From: Synergistaceae bacterium
GTDB taxonomy: Bacteria > Synergistota > Synergistia > Synergistales > Synergistaceae
DNA: 64,000 nucleotides
Reading direction: 5' to 3'
Assembly (NCBI GenBank): GCA_021372895.1
Contig: JAJFTP010000060.1
Coordinates: 4,590-68,589, forward strand
The position numbers and the translations under genes were made by a program. Shown here piece after piece: positions 18,534-27,136 of the stretch. The first letter of the stretch is position 1, and each line of letters starts with the position of its first letter. Under the pieces are notes generated by a model. That model saw nothing but the letters and a program-made list of their open reading frames with translations, searched no databases and was not told the DNA's origin.

Positions 18534-18563
18534 ATTATATTGCCTTGGTCAGCATTCGTCAAT
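18534..18563 (-). promoter_or_regulatory. Putative ctsR operon promoter with an overlapping CtsR-box-like direct repeat
   Basis: On the minus strand: TTGACG (18557-18562), 17 nt, TATAAT (18534-18539). The plus strand at 18547-18563 reads GGTCAGC-ATT-CGTCAAT, against the CtsR consensus RGTCAAA-NAN-RGTCAAA (about 10/14 heptad positions match). It overlaps the -35 box. Confidence 0.45.
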
Positions 18564-18818
18564 AAGTCAGATCACAGCAATTGCAGGTCCGTTAATTGCA
18601 GATATCCTGTTGAAGCACCTCTAAAATACAAAAAGCCGCTATTGTAGATAGCGAAGACACACATGTCCAATATCATATTTATTAGCGACCTGATTTTGAT
18701 TTTATCCGATATACTATTGAAAAGCTTTGCTATAATCAGAATTAAGGACGGATCATGCTTTATTTATATTTGAGGATCCGCCAGGGATGGTTTGGTTTCG
18801 CGTGTTTATGATCTGATC

Positions 18819-19406
18819 TTATCCTGCTTTGATTTCTGTGCCGTTTTGGATACGCCTGATATTTGCCCTGTGACGCCAGACGGAAAGCCCCGACAGCAGA
18901 AGCGCTGCTATATAGTAGGGGCGCGGCATGCCGAATACCGGCATTAGAAGGCTGGAAGCAAAGAGCGCCGTCATAGACGCGACCGAGACATATCTTGTCT
19001 TTTTCATTACCAGATACCATATACAGCCGCCGATCAGAGCCGGCCATGGATTAAAGAAGTCAAAAAAACCAAAGACACCGAAGGTCGTCGCCACCCCTTT
19101 GCCTCCGCGAAACCCAAGCCATATCGGATAGTTGTGCCCCAGCACGGCAGACGCGCCGGTAAGCGCCAGCACTGTGCTGCTCTCTGCGAAGCAGGAGACA
19201 AAAAGTACGGCAAGTCCGCCCTTAAGCATGTCAAAAGATGCGACAGCAAAAGCCCACTTTTTCCCTAACAGCCTTCCGGTATTTGTCGCTCCGATATTGC
19301 CGGAACCAAAATTTCTTATGTCGATGCCTCTGAGGTATTTCGCGACGAGGAATCCTGTCGGACATGACCCAACCACGTAGCCGACAATGAGCCAGAGAAT
19401 TGACAT
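18819..19406 (-). CDS. plsY: Glycerol-3-phosphate acyltransferase PlsY
   Basis: 195 aa. GYVVGSCPTGFLVAKYL…GSGNIGATN and HNYPIWLGFRGGKGVAT motifs. Confidence 0.9.
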   Translation of the reverse strand: MSILWLIVGYVVGSCPTGFLVAKYLRGIDIRNFGSGNIGATNTGRLLGKKWAFAVASFDMLKGGLAVLFVSCFAESSTVLALTGASAVLGHNYPIWLGFRGGKGVATTFGVFGFFDFFNPWPALIGGCIWYLVMKKTRYVSVASMTALFASSLLMPVFGMPRPYYIAALLLSGLSVWRHRANIRRIQNGTEIKAG

Positions 19407-19449
19407 CCTGTCACCTCCGTTACATATGGATTACCGGCATATAATTAAT

Positions 19450-19481
19450 AAAAAACGCCATCCCGATCAAGCGGAACGGCG
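19450..19481 (-). terminator. Rho-independent terminator downstream of skp/ompH
   Basis: The minus strand reads CGCCGTTCC-gcttgatc-GGGATGGCG followed by TTTTTTATT. The stem is 9 bp including two G-U pairs. Confidence 0.6.
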
Positions 19482-19499
19482 CAAATATCTTATTTACGT

Positions 19500-19919
19500 T
19501 TATCGCTTGAGCGCTGTGATCACATCCGGCGTAAGATCTATACCGCCATAGTAGACGAGCACCTTATTCAACACTATAGTGACACCCTTTGATTTCGCGA
19601 CCTTGCCGATCGTATCGTTAACTTCTTTGAGAACGGGATTCATGAGTTTAGATTCCTCTTCCCTCATTTCAAGCTGTAGGTTCTGCACGATCTGAGCTTT
19701 TTTCTTGTCGTCAGTTTCTTTGTCAAAGGCCGCCTTCGCTGCGTCTGACTTCTTCTTGCTTATGGCTTCAAGCTGCTGCTGTGCCTGTTTGAACTTCGGA
19801 AACTGCTGAAGGATTGCCATATCATCAACAAAACCGACCTTCTCATCTGCGGCAAATGCAACTGAGCCTACAGTAAAGACTGCCAGTATGGTTATCATAA
19901 AAATAACGATCTTTTTCAT
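19500..19919 (-). CDS. OmpH/Skp family periplasmic chaperone
   Basis: 139 aa. Signal peptide (…VGSVAFA), a K/E/Q-rich coiled region and a C-terminal IVLNK…VYYGGIDLTPDV typical of OmpH. Confidence 0.8.
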   Translation of the reverse strand: MKKIVIFMITILAVFTVGSVAFAADEKVGFVDDMAILQQFPKFKQAQQQLEAISKKKSDAAKAAFDKETDDKKKAQIVQNLQLEMREEESKLMNPVLKEVNDTIGKVAKSKGVTIVLNKVLVYYGGIDLTPDVITALKR

Positions 19920-19964
19920 TCTTGTAACCTCCCGAAATTTACATTTCTCAAATACACGAGCATT

Positions 19965-21839
19965 CTATAACGTCTTCCTGCGATTGTCCATAGACGATTT
20001 AAAATTATCAGTGTGACGACGTCCTTCAATGACAAGACAATGATGGGTTTTGCCGATAAGGTCACGGCGCCCTGCTTTTTCAAGAGCCTTTCTGACTGTA
20101 TCTGAATTCTCCGGCATCCAGTATTGCAAAAGAGCCCTCTGCTGCTTCCGCTCTTCAAAACTTTTCGGCACGTAGACATCCTCTCCGGTCAAAGGGTCGA
20201 TCCCGGTATAGTACATGCAAGTCGAGAGCGTACCCGGAGTCGGAGTAAAATCCTGTACCTGCTCAGGACGAAGGCCGCTGTCCCTGATAAACTCAGCCAG
20301 CTCAATTGCTTCATTGATTGTTGAGCCTGGGTGGGCAGACATGAAATATGGGACCAGAAATTGTTTCATACCAAGCTTTATGTTCATTTCACGATATTCC
20401 GAGAGAAATTCGGACGTCACGCTGCCCGGCGGCTTTCGCATACGTTTGAGTACGGCGGGGCTGACGTGTTCCGGCGCTATCTTGAGCTGACCGCTTACGT
20501 GAAAACGGCAGAGCTCTTCAAGAAAACCGGTTTTCTTGTCGGCAAGGATGTAATCATAACGAAGGCCTGAGCGTATGAAGACTTTTTTGATGCCAGGGAT
20601 GCTTCTGAGTTTGCGCAAAAGTTCAATATAGTCGGTATGATCAGGCTTCATTTTTCTGCACGGTTCCGGATAGAGGCAGGACTTACCTGTGCAGGAGCCA
20701 CGTTTCATCTGTTCCTCGCAGGCCGGGATCGTAAAATTTGCAGTGGGGCCTCCCACATCATGTATATAACCCTTGAAGCCATCCATACGCTTAAAACGCT
20801 TTGCCTCCGCAATCATTGATCCATCGCTGCGGCGCTGGATTATCCTGCCTTGATGCGAAGTTATGGCACAGAATGCGCACTCCCCGAAGCATCCGCGATG
20901 GCTTGTTATACTGAAACGCACCTCTTCAAGTGCGGGGACACCGCCTGCCTCGTCGTAGTCCGGATGCCACGCCCGCACATAGGGAAGCGCGTATACGCTG
21001 TCCATCTCACCTGTGGACAGCGGGCGCGACGGTATGTTCTGTACGACATGCCACGGACCCTGATCCTGGATGAGGCGGTTGCCCCTGAAGCTGTCCTGTT
21101 CAATATAGTATCTTTTAAAAGCCGAGGCGAATTTACGTTTATCTGATTTGACATCATCATATGATGGGAGTACAACGGCGTCGTTTGCTGTCTCAGGATC
21201 ATGTGTTTTCCAGCAGGTCCCGCTGACCGTCCTTATATCACCGACGGGTATGCCGTCAGCAAGGGCATCAGCTATCTCGGTTACGGAAAGCTCCGCCATG
21301 CCGAAGACGAGCAGGTCTGCACGGCTGTCGACCAGCAGAGACCTGCGGACATCGTCGTTCCAGTAATCGTAATGTGCGATACGTCTTAGACTCGCTTCTA
21401 TGCCGCCGATTATCAACGGTACGTCCTTCCAAAGCTCACGTATACGGTTACAGTAGACAATTGTCGCACGGTCCGGACGCATACCGCATTTGCCTCCCGG
21501 AGAGTAATCATCGCTGCGGCGTTTTTTCCCTGAAGCCGTATAATGGTTCAGCATCGAATCCAGGTTCCCGGCCGTGACCATGACCCCAAGGCGAGGCTTC
21601 CCCATCCTTGCGAAATCATCAGTACTTCTCCAGTCAGGCTGGGCAACTATGCCTACCCTATAACCGCGGCTTTCAAGACGGCGTGCTATTATTGCGTGGC
21701 CGAAACTCGGATGGTCAACATAGGCATCTCCCGACACCATCAGAAAATCAAGCGCATCCCATCCGCGCTGTTCCATATCATTTTTATTGACCGGTAAAAA
21801 CGCATCTCTCCGTACTGTTTTTTTATTTTCGTTTACCAC
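19965..21839 (-). CDS. YgiQ family radical SAM protein (UPF0313)
   Basis: 624 aa. The N-terminus …WDALDFLMVSGDAYVDHPSFG is typical of YgiQ. Cys-rich radical SAM core ITSHRGCFGECAFCAIT. Confidence 0.88.
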   Translation of the reverse strand: MVNENKKTVRRDAFLPVNKNDMEQRGWDALDFLMVSGDAYVDHPSFGHAIIARRLESRGYRVGIVAQPDWRSTDDFARMGKPRLGVMVTAGNLDSMLNHYTASGKKRRSDDYSPGGKCGMRPDRATIVYCNRIRELWKDVPLIIGGIEASLRRIAHYDYWNDDVRRSLLVDSRADLLVFGMAELSVTEIADALADGIPVGDIRTVSGTCWKTHDPETANDAVVLPSYDDVKSDKRKFASAFKRYYIEQDSFRGNRLIQDQGPWHVVQNIPSRPLSTGEMDSVYALPYVRAWHPDYDEAGGVPALEEVRFSITSHRGCFGECAFCAITSHQGRIIQRRSDGSMIAEAKRFKRMDGFKGYIHDVGGPTANFTIPACEEQMKRGSCTGKSCLYPEPCRKMKPDHTDYIELLRKLRSIPGIKKVFIRSGLRYDYILADKKTGFLEELCRFHVSGQLKIAPEHVSPAVLKRMRKPPGSVTSEFLSEYREMNIKLGMKQFLVPYFMSAHPGSTINEAIELAEFIRDSGLRPEQVQDFTPTPGTLSTCMYYTGIDPLTGEDVYVPKSFEERKQQRALLQYWMPENSDTVRKALEKAGRRDLIGKTHHCLVIEGRRHTDNFKSSMDNRRKTL

Positions 21840-22121
21840 TTCATCCAGCTCCGATTTATCATATCTATTAAGATTTTATAAAAAGACAAAAAACAACGAT
21901 CAAACTATCGTGTACCTGGCTATAGCTTGAGTGCTTGTGGCCGGTCTTCCTGATCGGCCGACGTTAAAACTGTCACAGGCCGGCGCCGCAACAGGCCTGA
22001 CTATAACGATCGTATTGATGAGTGTTTCATCCGTATGCTTCGCGAGTTTTGAAAAAATCACTGTTGATGCAGGGCTCTAACTGCTATAGTATAACCTGAA
22101 GAAGGTTCAGGGGGATGGGAA

Positions 22122-22814
22122 ATGGCGGATATTGTCACGCTCGGAGGAAAAGTTTTTGAAATACGCAAAGATAAGAGAAGGACACGTATAGTAGTCGGCA
22201 TAGACTCCTGCAGAAAATACTTCATAGGATGTCCTTCTTCTTACACAGAAGATAAACTAAAAAAGCTGCTGAGTAAAAACATTGAAGCACTCATAAGCAG
22301 CCTTGATGATAAAATCAGCACCCTTCCTCCGGAGCATAAATATGAGGAGGGAGAGCTGTTTTTATTTCGCGGTAAGGAATACCCCCTGGTATGGAACAAT
22401 ACAAAAGAACACCTCCGTCTTGATCTTAACAGCGGAGCCTTTCTTATCCCGACAGACAAAACAGGAGAAGGATATAAGGCCTTCGAGTTATGGTACAAGC
22501 GCGCACTTTATAATGAACTGCGCTCTATTCTGCCGCTGTGGACAAAGGCATTGCATGTTACTCCCGGCATAATAAACATAAAGACGGTAAAAACAGCATG
22601 GGGCAGCTGTTCATCAAAGGGCAGCATCACCTTTTGCACACGCCTCGCACTCGTACCGCCGGAGCTGCTTGAATATGTAGTTGTCCACGAGCTCTGTCAC
22701 ATGTTGCACATGAACCATTCTCCTCTCTTCTGGGCCGAGGTCGCAAAATACATACCGGACTTCAAAGATAAAAGAACATTACTGAGGAAAAATGCGCAGA
22801 TATACAAATGGTGA
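22122..22814 (+). CDS. YgjP-like M48/DUF45 family metallohydrolase
   Basis: 230 aa. WGSCSSKGSITF…VVHELCHMLHMNHSPLFW (HExxH zinc motif in a DUF45 context). Confidence 0.8.
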   Translation: MADIVTLGGKVFEIRKDKRRTRIVVGIDSCRKYFIGCPSSYTEDKLKKLLSKNIEALISSLDDKISTLPPEHKYEEGELFLFRGKEYPLVWNNTKEHLRLDLNSGAFLIPTDKTGEGYKAFELWYKRALYNELRSILPLWTKALHVTPGIINIKTVKTAWGSCSSKGSITFCTRLALVPPELLEYVVVHELCHMLHMNHSPLFWAEVAKYIPDFKDKRTLLRKNAQIYKW

Positions 22815-22987
22815 CAGGACGGCAGGCACTGGGGCCAATAGAGGAATATAATATGCTTTGTAAATATCGCAGGTAAATGTATGGTTTATGCCGCACAAAA
22901 ACAATAATAAGACGGCGTATCTGTCAGACGGCAAACGCTGTTATATGTTTTTCAGCGTAAAGTCGCGATCATTTGGAGGAACCTGAC

Positions 22988-23839
22988 ATGTCAGAACTAA
23001 AAGCATATGCACCTAACTTTATAAAATATCTCGGCACCGGAGGCGCACGTTTCTGCATGATCCGTCAGGCACGCCGGACAGGGGGTATATGGTTCAGCTA
23101 CGGCGGGCTCGCCGGAGTCATAGATCCGGGGCCCGGGAGCCTCGTCCATATATGCGGCGCATCACCTGAGCTCGATCCGCACAGTATACGAGCAATACTT
23201 CTTACCCACAGGCATCTTGATCACGGCTCGGACATCAACGTCATAGCCGAGGCGATGACCGGCGGAGGTTTTGAAAAACAAGGGACGATCGTACTTCCAA
23301 AAGATGCGGCATGCGGGGAAGACCCGGTCCTGTTGAAATACATCGCCCAAAAGATAGAGAGGATCTGTCTGCCTGAGGACGGCAGCATAATAACCCTTGA
23401 CTGCGGAGTGACCGTTGAACCTGTTGCACACGTACACCACAGGGTTGACTGCTTCGGTTTTATATTCAGAAAAGAGGGGCTTCCGACATGGGGGGTCATA
23501 AGTGATACGAAACCGCTGGATTACCTGGCAAAAAGATACAGAGAATGTTCTTACATATCCATAAACGCCACCTTCCCCGACAAAAAACCGAGGCTCGAGC
23601 ACATGTCCATAACAGATGTCGGTGAACTGCTGCAGGAACTGCATCCCAAACTTGCAACAATATCACATATGGGGCTCGTCCTCCTGGAAAACGGCCCGGA
23701 GGCTTATGCAAAACAAATCTCCACTGATCAGACCCGTGTAGTAGCCGGACAGGACGGAATGGTCATAAATCTCGAGACACTGAAAGTGCTGGCACCGGTA
23801 GAGAGACCTAAAGAAGAGACGGAATACAGGGCTATTTAA
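22988..23839 (+). CDS. MBL-fold metallo-hydrolase
   Basis: HxHxDH motif (LLTHRHLDHGSD). The preferred start is ATG 22988 (MSELKAY), 8 nt after GGAGG, rather than TTG 22973. Confidence 0.75.
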   Translation: MSELKAYAPNFIKYLGTGGARFCMIRQARRTGGIWFSYGGLAGVIDPGPGSLVHICGASPELDPHSIRAILLTHRHLDHGSDINVIAEAMTGGGFEKQGTIVLPKDAACGEDPVLLKYIAQKIERICLPEDGSIITLDCGVTVEPVAHVHHRVDCFGFIFRKEGLPTWGVISDTKPLDYLAKRYRECSYISINATFPDKKPRLEHMSITDVGELLQELHPKLATISHMGLVLLENGPEAYAKQISTDQTRVVAGQDGMVINLETLKVLAPVERPKEETEYRAI

Positions 23840-24425
23840 CGAAAAGGAGCCTGGCTATGACAACTGCGGTAACAAGAAAGTTGATGCGTATGGAATATAT
23901 CTCTTCGGACCTGGCAATCTTTGCATTAAAGCAACGCTCTCCGTTAGATCCCGATGGAAATCCGTTTCGCGGGAACGGGAATAAAGATGGGACTTTCTCT
24001 TTGTAAATTCTATATTTTTCACCAAACTTCGACTCAAGAAATTCTTCTTCGGCCGGAATGATCATAAGGCAGTACAATATAAAGAAAGCGATAATAAAAG
24101 CTATCACCCATCCCCAGCCGACCATAAATGCCCAGCCGATCCCCATTATTGCATTGCCTGCATAAAGTGGGTTTCTGACCCACTTATACGGACCCCAAGT
24201 CACAAGAACGGGCGCCCCTATTACTTCAGTCCTATACTTCGGTATGCAGCCTGCAGCCCAGAAACGCAGCAACTGGCCCGAGACAAGGATCATAAGTCCT
24301 AAAATAAAACGGACGGCGTCAAATTCTCCGGGAAACACCAATATACCCGCAGCAAAAATACCCCAAAACAGCCCCCTGTATTTAAATGCCAATGAACTTA
24401 TTTTTTTACTTATCCTTACCATCAT
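23832..24425 (-). CDS. Isoprenylcysteine carboxyl / phospholipid methyltransferase family membrane protein
   Basis: Polytopic protein with GPYKWVRNPLYAGNAIMG and EEEFLESKFGEKY motifs typical of the ICMT/PEMT superfamily. The start is uncertain (24449, 24425 or 24422). The 3' end overlaps the convergent MBL gene by 8 nt. Confidence 0.65.
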   Translation of the reverse strand: MMVRISKKISSLAFKYRGLFWGIFAAGILVFPGEFDAVRFILGLMILVSGQLLRFWAAGCIPKYRTEVIGAPVLVTWGPYKWVRNPLYAGNAIMGIGWAFMVGWGWVIAFIIAFFILYCLMIIPAEEEFLESKFGEKYRIYKEKVPSLFPFPRNGFPSGSNGERCFNAKIARSEEIYSIRINFLVTAVVIARLLFVK

Positions 24426-25467
24426 TATTAAAACTCCCGTTCTCTTCATTAATTATCTTATCGGCACCGCCCCAGCCAAACAGTTTTACGGCAACAACGG
24501 TGCCGAGCGCGATACCCGTGTATTCGGAAAGCAGTCTCCATGCGACAGCCATAACTCCGGCCATGTTCCAAGGCACAAACAGCGCAAATACCGCGGCCGC
24601 ACCGCCCTCTGCAGCCCCGCTGGCGCCCGGGGTCGGCACAAAGTAGAGAAGAAAGAGGAACAATGATTCGGCAAGCATGCACTGCATATATTCCACATTG
24701 TATCCTGCCGCCAATATCAGACACGGCATTATCGACATATATACCAACAAATGAGCAATAGCCGCTATTATCGACAATATAAACCATTTCCTCCCGGTAG
24801 ATAAGAAGAGTCTTATATTGTTGCTGTAATTATCTATCTCTCTGTTGGCCCATCGTGCAATATGAAGAAAGCGTATGGACTTTATGACCCCGACATGTTT
24901 CATCCTGACAAGAAATCCGTTGCTCCATCGTTTGATGAGCTGCGGGTTCATAACACTTATCACAAGCAGGAACGATGTGATGATCATAAAGATGATAACG
25001 TACGCTACAAACCATTTCATTATATAATGTTTCTGAAAAAATTCAGGCTCTGCAGCCAAGGCAAAGGGGACTACAAGTGCAAGCAGGAATATCACCTGTA
25101 ATGTTCTGATAAGGGTTATGGCGACCGATTTTCCTACAGACACACCGTTACGATATAGCAGATATATCTGAAACGGACCTCCGCCGCTTTGCATCGGGGT
25201 AATCGCACAGCCGAAATAGTTGATAAATATAACGGATAAGGTCTGTCTGAATGTAAGATCTTCCCCAGCCGCCTTAGCCAGAAAGATAAACTTGACGGCA
25301 TCAAGAGACCAGCCAAGAATAACAAGCACCGCAATAAACAGTATAACTCTTGTGTCCGAATGCTTTAGAACGTCAAAAGTCGCTGAATCAATGCTTGAAA
25401 AGAGCACGCCTATTATTGACAAAATGACTATAGTGACAAAAACAGAGAAGCTTTTTCGTACTGTCAA
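24406..25467 (-). CDS. UPF0104 / LPG-synthase-TM (flippase-like) family membrane protein
   Basis: 353 aa with ~8 TM. The C-terminal VPTPGASGAAEGG motif is characteristic of PF03706. TTG start lies 7 nt after AGGAGG. Confidence 0.7.
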   Translation of the reverse strand: MTVRKSFSVFVTIVILSIIGVLFSSIDSATFDVLKHSDTRVILFIAVLVILGWSLDAVKFIFLAKAAGEDLTFRQTLSVIFINYFGCAITPMQSGGGPFQIYLLYRNGVSVGKSVAITLIRTLQVIFLLALVVPFALAAEPEFFQKHYIMKWFVAYVIIFMIITSFLLVISVMNPQLIKRWSNGFLVRMKHVGVIKSIRFLHIARWANREIDNYSNNIRLFLSTGRKWFILSIIAAIAHLLVYMSIMPCLILAAGYNVEYMQCMLAESLFLFLLYFVPTPGASGAAEGGAAAVFALFVPWNMAGVMAVAWRLLSEYTGIALGTVVAVKLFGWGGADKIINEENGSFNNDGKDK

Positions 25468-25599
25468 ATTTCCAGCCTCCTAAGCACAAAAGATGCGGAA
25501 CTGGATCTCTATAAAAAAGTGGCATTACGAATATTATCACAAGAGTGTCCCATTGTCCTGTGTAGGCGAATGATGACCTGATCTGCAGATGAGGAGATA

Positions 25600-26277
25600 C
25601 TAAAGCATACATGACAGGGAGAAGAACTCCTCTGGTATATAGGGCAGCCCTTCTTTCCACGCAAGTGCCGCGGCCTTAGTGCGGTCAGCAAGGTCAAGTT
25701 TCTTCAGGATATGGCTGACATGGTTTTTTACAGTCTTGTCTGACAATATCATTACGGATGCTATCTCCTGATTTGTCAGTCCATGCGAAAGCCAGTAAAG
25801 GACCTCCCTCTCCCTCGGGGTGATATCCTTCAGCGGATCTGAATGGACCTCTGTCTGCGGTGAACCTTTGCTGAGATCATCAAGGACATTCTGGCTTATA
25901 TACCGTTCGCCGCGTGACACCGAGTAAAGAGCGGCAAGAAATTCTGCCGCGTCAGAGCTTTCACTTACGACCCCTATCCTGTCCATCTCTCCGAGAAGTG
26001 ACAGCAGCTCGGCACTGGTCTCTTTTATAATGAAAAGAAAACACAGGTATTTCATCTCGCGGCGTACTTCACGTATGACCTGCATCATGTTCATATCCGG
26101 AAGTATTTGTCCTGCTATGAGCACATTGGGACGAAGTTTATATGCATTTTTCACAGCGTCGATGCCGTTCCCCGCACTGAAAATCACTTCGGAATCTGTT
26201 TCTCGTTCAATTGTCATTTTTAAGAAATCTGCGAACAGGTGATTGGCTTCCGCAAGAATAATCCTATTCCTTTTCAT
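25600..26277 (-). CDS. LuxR/NarL-family DNA-binding regulator with a degenerate (pseudo-)receiver domain
   Basis: The C-terminal HTH is ITPREREVLYWLSHGLTNQEIASVMILSDKTVKNHVSHILKKL. The N-terminal REC-like fold lacks the acidic pocket (see findings). Confidence 0.8.
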   Translation of the reverse strand: MKRNRIILAEANHLFADFLKMTIERETDSEVIFSAGNGIDAVKNAYKLRPNVLIAGQILPDMNMMQVIREVRREMKYLCFLFIIKETSAELLSLLGEMDRIGVVSESSDAAEFLAALYSVSRGERYISQNVLDDLSKGSPQTEVHSDPLKDITPREREVLYWLSHGLTNQEIASVMILSDKTVKNHVSHILKKLDLADRTKAAALAWKEGLPYIPEEFFSLSCML

Positions 26278-26341
26278 TCAACAGCCCTCATTTGTGATAG
26301 GATAAACAAAATATAACTACACAACCCGTGGAGGAATCCCC

Positions 26342-27100
26342 TTGAATCAGGAATTTGAAAAATTATACCCCTTAGCTAAGAAGATCTCCCGTTTTGTCGG
26401 TGAAGCTATTCGAGATTATAGCATGATACGCCGCGGAGATAGAATAATGATAGGGCTGTCTGGAGGCAAAGACAGCCTTATTCTCTCTCTGGCGCTGGCT
26501 CTGCTGAGAGAACGCAGCCCCGTGAAATTTGAATTGCAGGCCTGCCTCGTTGACCAGAGCGGAGGATCCATGAACGGTTCCCATCTCTCAGAGTATATGG
26601 GGTTACTGGGGATCCCTCTTGATATAGTCGTGCACCAGACGTACAAAATCGTCAAGGAACGCGATGAACGCTCGCCGTGCAGCTTTTGCGCGAATATGCG
26701 CCGCGGGATCCTTGCAGGACATGCAAAGGAGAAGGGCTGCAACGTACTGGCACTGGGGCACCACAAGGACGATACGGTGGAGACGGTGCTGCTTAATCTT
26801 TTCTACGGCGGAAGGTTCAAGTGCTACCGTCCGCATTTATACATGAGCAGGACGGGGATACGCGTTATAAGGCCGCTGATTTATATCGAGGAGAAAAATT
26901 TGATCATAGAAGCCGGACGCCTGAAGCTGCCTGTAATAAGTTCATGCTGCCCCTACGGGGATAAGTCAAAGCGCAAATCAACCAAGGAGCTCCTGTCAAA
27001 AATAGAGGCAGACGTGCCTGAGATCAAAAGCAACGTGATCCATGCATTGCAAAATGTACTTGAATCCGATATCTGGAATGCGGCTATGCCGGATAAATGA
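26342..27100 (+). CDS. ttcA: TtcA-family tRNA 2-thiocytidine biosynthesis PP-loop ATPase
   Basis: 252 aa. PP-loop GLSGGKDS, CSFCANMRRG, LALGHHKDD and a distal Cys pair SSCCPY. TTG start lies 5 nt after GGAGGA. Confidence 0.8.
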   Translation: MNQEFEKLYPLAKKISRFVGEAIRDYSMIRRGDRIMIGLSGGKDSLILSLALALLRERSPVKFELQACLVDQSGGSMNGSHLSEYMGLLGIPLDIVVHQTYKIVKERDERSPCSFCANMRRGILAGHAKEKGCNVLALGHHKDDTVETVLLNLFYGGRFKCYRPHLYMSRTGIRVIRPLIYIEEKNLIIEAGRLKLPVISSCCPYGDKSKRKSTKELLSKIEADVPEIKSNVIHALQNVLESDIWNAAMPDK

Positions 27101-27136
27101 TTCCCGGATCATTGACGGCAGACAGGCGATACCAGA

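Noticed and set aside
18760-19047. 95-aa minus-strand ORF and other small overlapping ORFs (19034..19249, 19916..20179, 36530..36853)
   Set aside because: They overlap plsY, ygiQ or ddl in alternative frames and show no independent coding signal.
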